DNA of 64,000 nucleotides, taken from Bacteriovoracaceae bacterium (GTDB taxonomy: Bacteria > Bdellovibrionota > Bacteriovoracia > Bacteriovoracales > Bacteriovoracaceae). Shown here one piece after another: positions 42,317-51,620 of the stretch. Numbering within the stretch: position 1 is the stretch's first letter; each line of letters opens with the position of its first letter. Made by a program: the position numbers and the translations under genes. The notes under the pieces were generated by a model, which was not told the origin of the DNA, did not search any database, and worked only from the letters and a program-made list of their open reading frames with translations. The stretch covers positions 4,949 to 68,948 of the forward strand of contig JAGLPP010000019.1 in the NCBI GenBank assembly GCA_023137315.1, read 5' to 3'.

Positions 42317-43440
42317 GTTTCCTGGTTTGATGGGGAGAATTCATAGCCACTTTCTTCTGCAATGTTGGCTCGTTCCTCAGGCGTGTATTCCTCTTCTTCT
42401 TCATACATTTCACCTTGTTCTTCCTGAAATGCCGAATTTCTTGCATTTGCCTCATCGCTTAAGTTAATGGCGTTATTATCTTCAACATATTCTTCTTCAT
42501 CAATATCAGCATAGTATTCACCATCAGATTCTTTAAAAGTGAAAGTAGCACCCTGAAAGAGTCCCGTGCTAAAAATAATAGTAAAGGTTTTATTGTTGCC
42601 ATTAAAACTTATAAAACCACCATCAGGATTTCCATTTTCTGATTTGTCGCTTTCCGTAGAGAAAGAACCAGTATTTTTGTTTATGTGGACTGTATTAATA
42701 TTGTAACTGTCATCCTTAAAAAAGATTTCCAAATCACTTATTTCCATGATTTTTCCATCTTCGATAAAAACAGTGGCAGAGCCTCTGACTTGATTTTTTT
42801 TAAGTCCTTTAATCTTATACGGAGCACGTGTCATGTTTGAAAGGGTGACTTCCACTTCATAATTGGAATCTTGGTCAGAACTGTCATATACAGTATTGAT
42901 TTGCTCTTCCACTTTGTTGTTTACGGTTTGTTGAACAGTGGTTTTTTGTTGTACGAATGTTGCCTCAATAATTTCCAGGTTTCCGTTTTCCAAAGTTTTG
43001 TAAATTCCGATCCTTTTTTTAGCATACCAGGAAACAGTATATGGATTGGTATCGTCATCCATACGGACTTTTTTAGAGTATCTTCTGGCATTGCATATAA
43101 GTTCAAGTTGAATAAGTTTGTTTTTATCTTCAAAATTTACAACTTTATCTTCATGATCATATTCATGAATCTTGTGTATTTTCCACTGGCCGTTGATTAA
43201 ATGGGATTCTGTCTCACAATTTAAAGATTTGTGCGCTGGACTGTTATCTTCTGCCGGAGCTTTTTCGTTGGATGCCACAAATCTTTCATATGAATCGTCC
43301 AATCTTTTGACGAAATCAATATTACTGGTTTTCATAAAATCATCTGATTTAAATTGTGTATCCATATAGATACCTGCAAATGCAAAAGAAATCACACAGA
43401 TAATAGTGGTAAAGAATTTAGTTGATCCTAATGCCTTCAT
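42313..43440 (-). CDS. hypothetical secreted or membrane-anchored protein with a highly acidic C-terminus
   Basis: 375 aa. N-terminal hydrophobic segment (FFTTIICVISFAFAGIY), no recognisable domain, and an acidic C-terminus (EEQGEMYEEEEEYTPEE). AAGGAG lies 8 nt upstream of the ATG, and a sigma-54 promoter lies upstream. Confidence 0.6.
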   Translation of the reverse strand: MKALGSTKFFTTIICVISFAFAGIYMDTQFKSDDFMKTSNIDFVKRLDDSYERFVASNEKAPAEDNSPAHKSLNCETESHLINGQWKIHKIHEYDHEDKVVNFEDKNKLIQLELICNARRYSKKVRMDDDTNPYTVSWYAKKRIGIYKTLENGNLEIIEATFVQQKTTVQQTVNNKVEEQINTVYDSSDQDSNYEVEVTLSNMTRAPYKIKGLKKNQVRGSATVFIEDGKIMEISDLEIFFKDDSYNINTVHINKNTGSFSTESDKSENGNPDGGFISFNGNNKTFTIIFSTGLFQGATFTFKESDGEYYADIDEEEYVEDNNAINLSDEANARNSAFQEEQGEMYEEEEEYTPEERANIAEESGYEFSPSNQET

Positions 43441-43474
43441 AATTATCTCCTTAAAGGTATTATGCTATTTATGA

Positions 43475-43490
43475 TGCAAGCGTTGTGCCA
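43475..43490 (-). promoter_or_regulatory. sigma-54 (RpoN) -24/-12 promoter
   Basis: The minus strand reads GCG-TGGCAC-AACGC-TTGCA-TCA, an exact match to the TGGCAC-N5-TTGCA core. It lies 34 nt upstream of the ATG at 43440. It is the only exact match I found on either strand by eye. Confidence 0.7.
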
Positions 43491-43667
43491 CGCGTTATCA
43501 TGTATGGGGCCTGCAAAGCGGGGTTTAAAAATAGCTATCATGTTGAATTTGCGTGTGTTTTTTAATATCGGCAAAGAGTAAAGATTTTCTATTTAGGCAA
43601 TGAAGTGTTAAAAGATAAGACGGTTAGGTGGAAAATGGCGAAAAAACAATGTTTATTTACCTGTAGA

Positions 43668-44207
43668 TTAGGGGAGATTGATAAGTCCTTTATTCTTGAG
43701 AGAGTGTAGTGCAAATGTGATTTCCGGTTCATATAACGCGGATAATCGGTATATTTTGTCCAAGTATTGATGTTCAATAATTGAACAGAGTACCTGAAAT
43801 TCGGTTTTATCAAGACTTATGTTCGAGGAGGTATTGGAAAGTTTGTTGACAGTGATTTGATTTTTCAGACAAGGTCTTATGGAACGACTTTGAAGCACTT
43901 CCTGGTGGAGGTTTCGGATTAAAACAAGTAATTCATTGAAAGTATAATTAAATTCAAAACAATTTTTATCAAGTAATTCAGGTTCATTGACAAGCTCATA
44001 TTTTTCGGGAGAAATGGTGAAATCTGAAAGTATTTTATTAACAGCACCTCGACCTTTTAAAAATAAAAATCTGGCCCCGACAAGACAACCTTTGTATTGA
44101 AACAATCGGCCGTAAAATTTGGATGTTTTCTGATGAACAATATTTACCGAACCGGAGAAAAAAAGATGATAATTTTTTTGAAGTTTTTCTAAATAGGGAT
44201 TTTTCAT
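43668..44207 (-). CDS. hypothetical protein (possible DUF4388/PATAN-like N-terminal domain plus winged-helix-like C-terminus)
   Basis: 179 aa. The segment FSGSVNIVHQKTSKFYGRLFQYKGCLVGARFLFLKGRGAVNKIL resembles the G.L......G.i.f..G.iv.A.....G..A pattern. The assignment is weak. Confidence 0.35.
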   Translation of the reverse strand: MKNPYLEKLQKNYHLFFSGSVNIVHQKTSKFYGRLFQYKGCLVGARFLFLKGRGAVNKILSDFTISPEKYELVNEPELLDKNCFEFNYTFNELLVLIRNLHQEVLQSRSIRPCLKNQITVNKLSNTSSNISLDKTEFQVLCSIIEHQYLDKIYRLSALYEPEITFALHSLKNKGLINLP

Positions 44208-44438
44208 TGTAACTTCACTTTTAGCAAATTTGGTCTTATGTTTAGAATAATAGGAAGAATGTTACGAAAAGAAAAATCAGGGGAAATTCAGAATTATATC
44301 CGACAAAAATACTCCGGAGTTACAATTAAGTGACTAATTTTTATGGATAGATTTAAAAATTCATAATAGGATAAACATTGCTTGGTATTTAAAGTGTCAT
44401 GGAAGCACTATAATCTTAGGGAGTTGTCCAGGGAACAA

Positions 44439-45008
44439 ATGATGAAACTTCACAAAAGAAAAAAGTATATAATTAATCCAACCTTTCAGATAAAAATGAG
44501 CGCATATGTTTGTCTCTTTGTTCTGATTGCCAGTATTTTTTATCCAATGTTTATTTGGGATATTTATGAAAGGTTTACACAAGTAATTTTACAATATGAC
44601 AGCATACTCTATCAAAGTCTTCAGGACGAGAAAATGAGTATTTTAAAGATGTTGATATTTTGGCAACTGATAATCATATTTTTTGCTTTTTTGACCTGCA
44701 TGTTTATTAGTCACAGAATTGCCGGTCCGATGTATAAATTAAAAAAATTTCTTCGTGCGATTCCAGATATGAAGACATTTGAGAAGATACATTTTCGAAA
44801 AGGGGATTATTTTCGAGAGGTGGCTGAAGTGTGCAATGACACTTTTATTCGCATTCGTGATAATTACAAAAATGATTTTGTTTATCTTGATGAAGTGGAA
44901 AAATATATGGACACACTAAGGACTGATCTGTCACAGGATAAGCAGAAGATTATTGATGAAATAAAAGATAGACTAAGTACGATTCAGAACAGATTTGTCG
45001 AGAAATAA
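44439..45008 (+). CDS. small two-TM membrane protein with a HAMP-like linker, no output domain
   Basis: KRKKYIINPTFQIKM, then TM1 and TM2 followed by ISHRIAGPMYKLKKFLRAI (the SHRIAGP.Y+ motif seen in HAMP-like mini-receptors). ATG at 44439 is preferred to the TTG at 44382. Confidence 0.55.
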   Translation: MMKLHKRKKYIINPTFQIKMSAYVCLFVLIASIFYPMFIWDIYERFTQVILQYDSILYQSLQDEKMSILKMLIFWQLIIIFFAFLTCMFISHRIAGPMYKLKKFLRAIPDMKTFEKIHFRKGDYFREVAEVCNDTFIRIRDNYKNDFVYLDEVEKYMDTLRTDLSQDKQKIIDEIKDRLSTIQNRFVEK

Positions 45009-45037
45009 TTGGTTTATCATGATGACAGGAGGTCATT

Positions 45038-47125
45038 GTGCGTTTTGCATGGATGCTAGTTGTAACCTTTTTGTATTCGCAATATGTCTTTGCGGTACCT
45101 GTTCATGATATTAAAACGCATCCTGCGCTCAAGCCTGCCATGCTGGTGAGCTATAGTCCAAATGAAATGAAGTTCGCAAAATATCTTGTAAGTGCAGTCA
45201 AGCAATTAAAAAAAGGTAAATTGAGTAGAGTGACGACTCGTCATCTAAAGAAGTTGATTCATTCATCAAATGAATTCCGTGATCTAAAAAATACGATTAA
45301 CAAACTTGAAAAGATCTCAAAAATCGGAATTTCGCTAAATAAATTTCACAGATCATGTTCAAGAAATGAAGAAGTATCAGCCTCTAAAAGTAATTTTCAT
45401 TTGAAAGAATATTTAAATGAGCAAATACATCTATACTGCAAAGATATTTTTTTTAAAGTACTGATGAGAAAGGATAATTATCATGTTTTGAAAATGGACA
45501 ACTTACGTTATCTGGAAAAAAATCTTGGATATTATCTTCAAAATAGAAAGCTTGATAATTTGATTAAATATTTAAAGAAGACAAATAAAAGTAACGGGGT
45601 TCAGAAGATATTATCGAATATTATTGCCAAAAAAATTATTAAATCAAACGATATTCCGCAAAAGAAGCTTCTTAAGCATATTAGAATAAATAGCAAATTG
45701 TCTGAGTATGTTAAAGATAAAGGATACTATGATCCTGAAGCCAACAAGTATTTTATAAGGGAATTCAACAAGATGTATAAAAGATTTTGTGTAGCCCTTG
45801 GGGAGGATCAAATACAATTGGTCAAAGATCAAATAGAGGAGGTACAGACATTTTTTGAGGAGAACAGGGATTATGTATCCGACAAGGTGGCATGGAAGAT
45901 GTTTAACAAGATTGGTAAAAAACTCTTGTTAAATAATAAATTGGCAAAAAAAGCACAAGAAATGTTTACGCGATCCGAGCTACTTGGAGGCAAGAACCAA
46001 AGAGAGGAGTCCATATTCTTGCAGCTTTGGGGAAACATTCTTAAAGGTGATAACAGGGCAAATAAAAAAATAATTAATGAAAAAAAATTAATTGAGGGTT
46101 ATAAAAAACAAGGGGTGAAATTAAGGTTTTGGATTGCATACGCCATCGAAAAATCAGGGCAAAAAGAAATAGCACAAGATATGTATCACGAGATAGTTAA
46201 CAGTTCACCATTAAACTATTATTCGATTGTTTCATCAAACAAAATAGCCAACAGTCTTTCCGAATTTATGCCAAAAAAAATATTGGGAAAGTATAGAAGG
46301 CCCTCCAGTGCAATTACTCCATCCTTGTCACAATACACACCAAAGGTCATAAGCAGCATTAAAAGGATAAATATCTGGATAGATCTTGGGTACCAGAAAT
46401 TTCTTCAGGGGGAGATAGATTATATTTACAGCTTGTCAATGGACCAGTCCATACGTGACAAGATTCTTTTAAGTGAATTGAATAAGAAAGAATACTCTAG
46501 AATGGTTATAATGCAACTCGCACGATTGCTGAATTATAAAGGAGAATATTTACAAACATTCAAGATCTTATATACATCAATGCGTCAGAATTTATTTAAA
46601 GTTAATGATAATATTTTAAAGAAATTATTCCCCATTGATTATCTGTCGCATATTCGTGAAATAGAGGTTGGAATTGATCCACTTGTTATTTTGGCGTTGA
46701 TCAGGCAGGAGTCGGCGTTTAATCCCGAGGCGATATCGGTTGCCGGTGCCAGGGGCTTGATGCAGCTAATGCCGGCAACAGCTAAAAGATTTGCTGGAAG
46801 ATTCAAGAGAAGTAAACTGGATAACCCTGAATTCAATCTTAAGGTTGGTATTAAGTATTTTAAATTTTTATTAAAAAAGAATGATGGAAATCTTGTATAT
46901 GCTCTTTCGGCTTACAATGCAGGAGAAACGGCACTCAAGAGGTGGAAGGATCAATATTTTCATTCAGATAATCCATTAATTACCATTGAATCAATACCAT
47001 ACAAAGAGACAAGGAATTATGTTAAACTCATCTACAGAAATATTTTCTTTTATAACATACTGACAAATAAAAATGTATTTGATCGACCTTTGAATGAAAC
47101 ATTTAAAGTAAGTTTGAAATTCTGA
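45038..47125 (+). CDS. slt: soluble lytic murein transglycosylase (Slt70-like)
   Basis: 695 aa. Signal peptide, a long helical superhelix-like N-terminal region, and the catalytic block LIRQESAFNPEAISVAGARGLMQLMPATA with the downstream AYNAG motif. Confidence 0.88.
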   Translation: MRFAWMLVVTFLYSQYVFAVPVHDIKTHPALKPAMLVSYSPNEMKFAKYLVSAVKQLKKGKLSRVTTRHLKKLIHSSNEFRDLKNTINKLEKISKIGISLNKFHRSCSRNEEVSASKSNFHLKEYLNEQIHLYCKDIFFKVLMRKDNYHVLKMDNLRYLEKNLGYYLQNRKLDNLIKYLKKTNKSNGVQKILSNIIAKKIIKSNDIPQKKLLKHIRINSKLSEYVKDKGYYDPEANKYFIREFNKMYKRFCVALGEDQIQLVKDQIEEVQTFFEENRDYVSDKVAWKMFNKIGKKLLLNNKLAKKAQEMFTRSELLGGKNQREESIFLQLWGNILKGDNRANKKIINEKKLIEGYKKQGVKLRFWIAYAIEKSGQKEIAQDMYHEIVNSSPLNYYSIVSSNKIANSLSEFMPKKILGKYRRPSSAITPSLSQYTPKVISSIKRINIWIDLGYQKFLQGEIDYIYSLSMDQSIRDKILLSELNKKEYSRMVIMQLARLLNYKGEYLQTFKILYTSMRQNLFKVNDNILKKLFPIDYLSHIREIEVGIDPLVILALIRQESAFNPEAISVAGARGLMQLMPATAKRFAGRFKRSKLDNPEFNLKVGIKYFKFLLKKNDGNLVYALSAYNAGETALKRWKDQYFHSDNPLITIESIPYKETRNYVKLIYRNIFFYNILTNKNVFDRPLNETFKVSLKF

Positions 47126-47236
47126 CAAAAAAGATCAACTCTTATGGATCAAAGGGAAAGTTATACCGATAAACTACAAACTAAAATACATTTATAATAG
47201 GAATATATTTACTAAATGGTATTCCAAGGAAAATAA

Positions 47237-47848
47237 ATGGGAGAGATTATGAGATGGTTTAATATTTTTTTATTGATTGTTTTATGTACACTTGTTGCTT
47301 GTTCACGAGGGCCTGTAGATAGCGAGGAGCTCGATGATATACCTGGTAGTGAAATTGAAGTTGCAGACGGTAATGATGATCTGCTGATTGAGGATGAAGA
47401 ATTTGACCAGGAGCAAGCGGAAGTTATCGAAGAGGTGGAGGGGCAAAATGAAGTAGCCAGTGCTCCAGTGGAGGTTTCAGCTGAAATTGGACAGTATCAG
47501 GTGCAAACCGGTGATACCATGATGTTAATTGCCTTTAAGATTTATGGAGATTATGCAAAATGGAGAAGTATCAACAATCTTAATCCCGGGATAGTAAACA
47601 AGTTGAAAATTGGACAAAAAATCAGCTACGAAGTGCCGAAAGTAAGATTTGAGTGGAATCAACAAGGTAGTCCACACTTGATAACCAGTGGAGAAACATT
47701 GGGTATAATTTCTCAAAAATATTACGATACAACAAAAAAATGGAGAAATATCTGGGAAAACAACAGATTAATGATTAAAGATCCAAATCTGATTTTTGCA
47801 GGATTTACGTTGTATTACATTACAGACACCAATATTGCTGCAAACTGA
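47237..47848 (+). CDS. LysM-domain lipoprotein
   Basis: Lipobox LVAC, an acidic linker, and two LysM repeats (YQVQTGDTMMLIAFKIYGDYAKWRSINNLN and HLITSGETLGIISQKYYDTTKKWRNIWENN). The start is 47237 or 47249. Confidence 0.85.
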   Translation: MGEIMRWFNIFLLIVLCTLVACSRGPVDSEELDDIPGSEIEVADGNDDLLIEDEEFDQEQAEVIEEVEGQNEVASAPVEVSAEIGQYQVQTGDTMMLIAFKIYGDYAKWRSINNLNPGIVNKLKIGQKISYEVPKVRFEWNQQGSPHLITSGETLGIISQKYYDTTKKWRNIWENNRLMIKDPNLIFAGFTLYYITDTNIAAN

Positions 47849-47855
47849 TTTTTTA

Positions 47856-48656
47856 ATGCAATATTTCCTGTGCATTACATTATTAATATTAACATCATGT
47901 TCTTCAGCAATAGGTATATTTTATAAGGAAAAACCTCGAAGTGAGGTTTTTTCAAAATATAATATCTATGAGCATGAGGACTATTTGGAACAGTTGGCTT
48001 CACTGGCAGAGGTTTATATTAATTCCCCCGGGATAACGCAAATAAAACTGAATAAAAGTGATATGGCATATTTAAAAAACCTTTATTATAAAATAACCGG
48101 GGATAATGAATTACTTTTTAAAAAAAGAAAGGAGATGAAGCTATACATAATAAAAAACAAGGTTCCATTTTTTTTCTCATTACCTCATGGACAGTATTTT
48201 TTCTCATCAGGTTTGATAACGAGATATTTCAAGCATGAGGATATGCTTATATCGGCCCTGACTTGCGAGATATTCAAGGTCCATTACGCCATATACGAAA
48301 AAAAAATAATTGTTCCAGTTGGTCATATGAGCACGGAGAGAATGTTGTCTTTGGTCAGGCTATCACTGGAGGAAAAGAGAGAAATAAATAAGTGGGCATT
48401 TTATATCATGAAACGGGCCGGATATGATGCAATTGCGTACTTGAATTGGTTGCAGTTGCAGAATAAAAACACACTTGATTTTCTCTTCCAGCTTGGTGGT
48501 GATACACGCAGGATATCCCGGGAGGAATTTCGACTTAAGAATTTTATTGTTAATCAAAGCATAACGAGTAATGATACAAAAAGATTTGAAAGAAATTCAT
48601 CGAAGGGTTTCTACAAACTTTTGACAAGCCTGAACAAGATATCTTATGAAGATTAA
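47856..48656 (+). CDS. hypothetical lipoprotein (possibly a degenerate M48-like fold)
   Basis: Lipobox LTSC (MQYFLCITLLILTSCSS). The segment FSLPHGQYFFSSGLITRYFKHEDMLISALTCEIFKVH resembles the M48 NAFA.PGG.I.v..GLL......EL..VL.HE..H region, but with Cys in place of the first His. The similarity is judged by eye only. Confidence 0.45.
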   Translation: MQYFLCITLLILTSCSSAIGIFYKEKPRSEVFSKYNIYEHEDYLEQLASLAEVYINSPGITQIKLNKSDMAYLKNLYYKITGDNELLFKKRKEMKLYIIKNKVPFFFSLPHGQYFFSSGLITRYFKHEDMLISALTCEIFKVHYAIYEKKIIVPVGHMSTERMLSLVRLSLEEKREINKWAFYIMKRAGYDAIAYLNWLQLQNKNTLDFLFQLGGDTRRISREEFRLKNFIVNQSITSNDTKRFERNSSKGFYKLLTSLNKISYED

Positions 48657-49683
48657 TCATCTGGACGATTACCATTGTAGAGTTGAAAAATATTTTGAAC
48701 AATCAAAAAGAAACGGCGTTATTCGTGATTGTGATGTGAAATACATTGGCAGGCTTCCAGGAGATGCCTCTACACGGATATATTATCGAATAACGACAAA
48801 TGCCGGGCAATTTGTCGTATGCATTGAAAGCGCACGGGAAAAGCTCCATGAATCAAATTTTGTATTGATGAATAAGGTACTTACAAGTGATGGAATAAGG
48901 GTTCCAAAGATATTCGATTATGATTATTCATCAGGATATATTCTACAGGAAGATCTGGGGGATCAAACCCTGCTTAAGGCATTTTCCCAAATTAATGATA
49001 TTGGCGAGGAATATGATCTTTTGGAAAGAGCAATTGATTGGATGATAAAAATTCATGAGATTGATACAAAAAAATATCCTGAAAATGAATTTGCAACGCA
49101 ATTTTTTGATCAAGAGAAGCTGATGAGTGAAGTCATGTTCGGGATAAAACACTTTTTTGGAAATTTTTTGAAGCATGAAATTCCAAACAGTGAATTGAAA
49201 ATAATCACCGATACTTTTATTGGTATATGCCAAAAACTTGCTGAGCAAAAGATGGTGTTATGTCACAGGGATTTTCACTCAAGAAATATCATGATGCGTA
49301 ATGATAGCATGGTTATTATAGATTTTCAGGACGCAAGGATGGGAATTCCACAATATGATTTAGTATCCATTCTGGAGGATTGTTATTATAAGGTTCATCC
49401 ACAGAATGTCGAAAATCTTAAAAAATATTATTGGAATACGTTTTTAGAATCAAAAAATTTACAAAACAGCTACGGTGAATTTGATTATCTTTATTGTCTG
49501 ATGGCCATACAGCGAATATTCAAGGCGATAGGAAGTTTTTCATTTTTTGTAACCCAAAAACAGGATTATCGATATTTAAAATATATTGGTTTTGCCATGG
49601 AAAAACTTAAAGAATTTTTTCTCTGTGATTCAGAATATAATAATTGTCGAAAAATCATATACTCTCATTACTATGAAAATTAA
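48646..49683 (+). CDS. amgK: N-acetylmuramate/N-acetylglucosamine anomeric kinase (AmgK-like, APH-fold kinase)
   Basis: Catalytic loop HRDFHSRNIMM and IIDFQDARMGIPQYDLVSILED match the AmgK subfamily pattern. It overlaps a MurU-like nucleotidyltransferase gene by 11 nt, as in the known amgK-murU pair. Confidence 0.75.
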   Translation: MKINHLDDYHCRVEKYFEQSKRNGVIRDCDVKYIGRLPGDASTRIYYRITTNAGQFVVCIESAREKLHESNFVLMNKVLTSDGIRVPKIFDYDYSSGYILQEDLGDQTLLKAFSQINDIGEEYDLLERAIDWMIKIHEIDTKKYPENEFATQFFDQEKLMSEVMFGIKHFFGNFLKHEIPNSELKIITDTFIGICQKLAEQKMVLCHRDFHSRNIMMRNDSMVIIDFQDARMGIPQYDLVSILEDCYYKVHPQNVENLKKYYWNTFLESKNLQNSYGEFDYLYCLMAIQRIFKAIGSFSFFVTQKQDYRYLKYIGFAMEKLKEFFLCDSEYNNCRKIIYSHYYEN

Positions 49684-50593
49684 CAAGTGTCTGATATTAA
49701 GTGCAGGTCTTGGCACTCGAATGGGGAATATTGGTGAAGTACTGCCCAAAGTGATGTGGCCTGTTTTTGGAAAACCCATCTTGGAATTGCAGATAAGATA
49801 TGCCCGCTCCATTGGTGCTAAACGGATATATATAAACACTCACCATGGAAGTGAAATTATTCATGGTTATATTAAAAATTCGGATTTTACGGATGTTCAC
49901 GTGCTTTACGAGCCTGAGCTTTTGGGTATTGGCGGAACCATTCACAGAATAAAAGAAATTTCACAAGAAGATGATAACTTACTTGTTATTAATGGTGACC
50001 AGTTTTATTTTCCCGACAAAAATTCATTCGCCAACGGATTGGAATTGATAAGGGAAAATAATGTTGTTTTATTTGCCATAAAGGTGAATAAGAATCAAGG
50101 TTACAACCAGTTAATTGATAATGATGGATTTCTTGTAAATATTAAAACACAGGCAATAGTGCCACAGGAATACAATACATATTCGGGCGTTTGTGTTGTT
50201 AATTTAAAAAAACTGAATTTTGTTGCGGGAAAATCCGATTTCTTTCAAACAGTGGCAAAATACGAGGACGGAAAAGTAAAAATCGTGGAGCCACATGGTT
50301 TTGAATATTGGGATTTTGGAACAACGGAGAGATATTTCAGTTCAATGTTTCGTGTTCTTGCTGATCATGATCAGCCACGGAACAAGAATAGTGGTTTTAA
50401 TGAACTTTGTGATTCAAGCGGGATATTTAAAGGATTGGATTGCAAGCAATTTCGATCCTCTTCGATTATCAACCTGTCTCGTTACGCATGCAAGACAGGT
50501 TTAGATGTGAGAGCGATTGTTATTGACTCGAACGGTCCACAAACAATATTTGAAAGTGGTATTTACTACAAAAAATATTTTAACAGTATCTGA
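49673..50593 (+). CDS. murU: N-acetylmuramate alpha-1-phosphate uridylyltransferase-like nucleotidyltransferase (MurU-like)
   Basis: The N-terminal LILSAGLGTRMG...PK motif marks a sugar-1-phosphate nucleotidyltransferase. It is translationally coupled to amgK. Met at 49673 is preferred to the raw ORF start at 49586. Confidence 0.7.
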   Translation: MKINKCLILSAGLGTRMGNIGEVLPKVMWPVFGKPILELQIRYARSIGAKRIYINTHHGSEIIHGYIKNSDFTDVHVLYEPELLGIGGTIHRIKEISQEDDNLLVINGDQFYFPDKNSFANGLELIRENNVVLFAIKVNKNQGYNQLIDNDGFLVNIKTQAIVPQEYNTYSGVCVVNLKKLNFVAGKSDFFQTVAKYEDGKVKIVEPHGFEYWDFGTTERYFSSMFRVLADHDQPRNKNSGFNELCDSSGIFKGLDCKQFRSSSIINLSRYACKTGLDVRAIVIDSNGPQTIFESGIYYKKYFNSI

Positions 50594-50605
50594 TGCCACA
50601 CTGGC

Positions 50606-50824
50606 CTAGATATAGGAATTTTCGTTTGTAACTTCTTCTTTGGATGGTTCCTGGAGTTTGATGCAATCTATTGGACATATTTCAGTACAAAGATGGCAAA
50701 GAGAACATGACCACGTTTCAATGACATACTTGTTGTCGACTTTTACGATGGCCTTTTCCGGGCAAATTAATTTACAATTACCACATGAGATGCAACTTGA
50801 ATGGATTTTTAAAACTGGTAGCAT
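50606..50824 (-). CDS. 2x[4Fe-4S] ferredoxin
   Basis: 72 aa with two CxxCxxCxxxCP motifs (CISCGNCKLICP and CSLCHLCTEICP). Confidence 0.85.
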   Translation of the reverse strand: MLPVLKIHSSCISCGNCKLICPEKAIVKVDNKYVIETWSCSLCHLCTEICPIDCIKLQEPSKEEVTNENSYI

Positions 50825-50882
50825 AAGTTATAATTTTAATACATGGATGACATAATTTAAAGAGAATAGGATTTTTTGACAT

Positions 50883-51620
50883 ATGACAGTAAAACTTTAT
50901 AAGAGAGGCCCTATAATTTATAATTTTATTTTCTTCTTGTGCCTTTCGGTGTGTTATTTGTACATAGTAAGCGCATTGAATTATGGACATTCTGCTTTAA
51001 ATTTAGAAAAGTTTAAAATTTTTCTGATTTCACAAAGGCCAACACTATTGATCCTGTTCTGTTCCTTGATATCCGTGTTTTGGATTAAGAAAATTTCCAA
51101 ATTTTTTGTTATTTTATTTATGCTTATTATAACTTTCTTTTGTTTTAGGTATTTTTATATAAAATTTGACAAAATTATTCTGGTATTAACTTTTGCTTAT
51201 ATCATTTTGGCATTCTATTTCTATATTTTATGGAATCTGGAATTGCAGGATGTTGTCTATTGTCCGGGTTACAGTACCATGGATATTACGAAAAAATCTT
51301 ATTACAGGCTGGATGTGGAGATGGAACTCCAAAACGGTATTATTTGGGATGGTTATATTACAAACTGGGATAAAAATAATATATTTGTTGTCTTTGAAAA
51401 GGAAATAGAAATTATTTCAGATGTTGTGGAATTGCATATTAATTTTGAGAATCATAAATTCAGGCAAAAAGGACAAATTGTTTCAAATTACGGTACGGGA
51501 TATGGGATAAAATTTATTTCGATGAAACAACACTTAAATAAGTATTGGGGGTGGAAGGATTTTTATACTATAATAAAAGACAGAGGTTATACACCGAACA
51601 TATCGGGATGTGTTAGATGA
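50883..51620 (+). CDS. hypothetical polytopic membrane protein with a C-terminal PilZ-like (degenerate) beta-barrel domain
   Basis: Four predicted TM helices in the first 120 aa or so. The C-terminus (YYRLDVEMELQNG...GYITNWDKNNIFVVF...GQIVSNYGTGYGIKFISM) has PilZ-like topology but lacks a clean RxxxR/DxSxxG signature. Confidence 0.35.
   Translation: MTVKLYKRGPIIYNFIFFLCLSVCYLYIVSALNYGHSALNLEKFKIFLISQRPTLLILFCSLISVFWIKKISKFFVILFMLIITFFCFRYFYIKFDKIILVLTFAYIILAFYFYILWNLELQDVVYCPGYSTMDITKKSYYRLDVEMELQNGIIWDGYITNWDKNNIFVVFEKEIEIISDVVELHINFENHKFRQKGQIVSNYGTGYGIKFISMKQHLNKYWGWKDFYTIIKDRGYTPNISGCVR

Noticed and set aside
44238-44333. A 31-codon basic ORF (MFRIIGRMLRKEKSGEIQNYIRQKYSGVTIK) in the 231-nt divergent intergenic region.
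   Set aside because: It has no Shine-Dalgarno sequence, lies within probable promoter DNA for the flanking genes, and has a composition typical of random AT-rich sequence.
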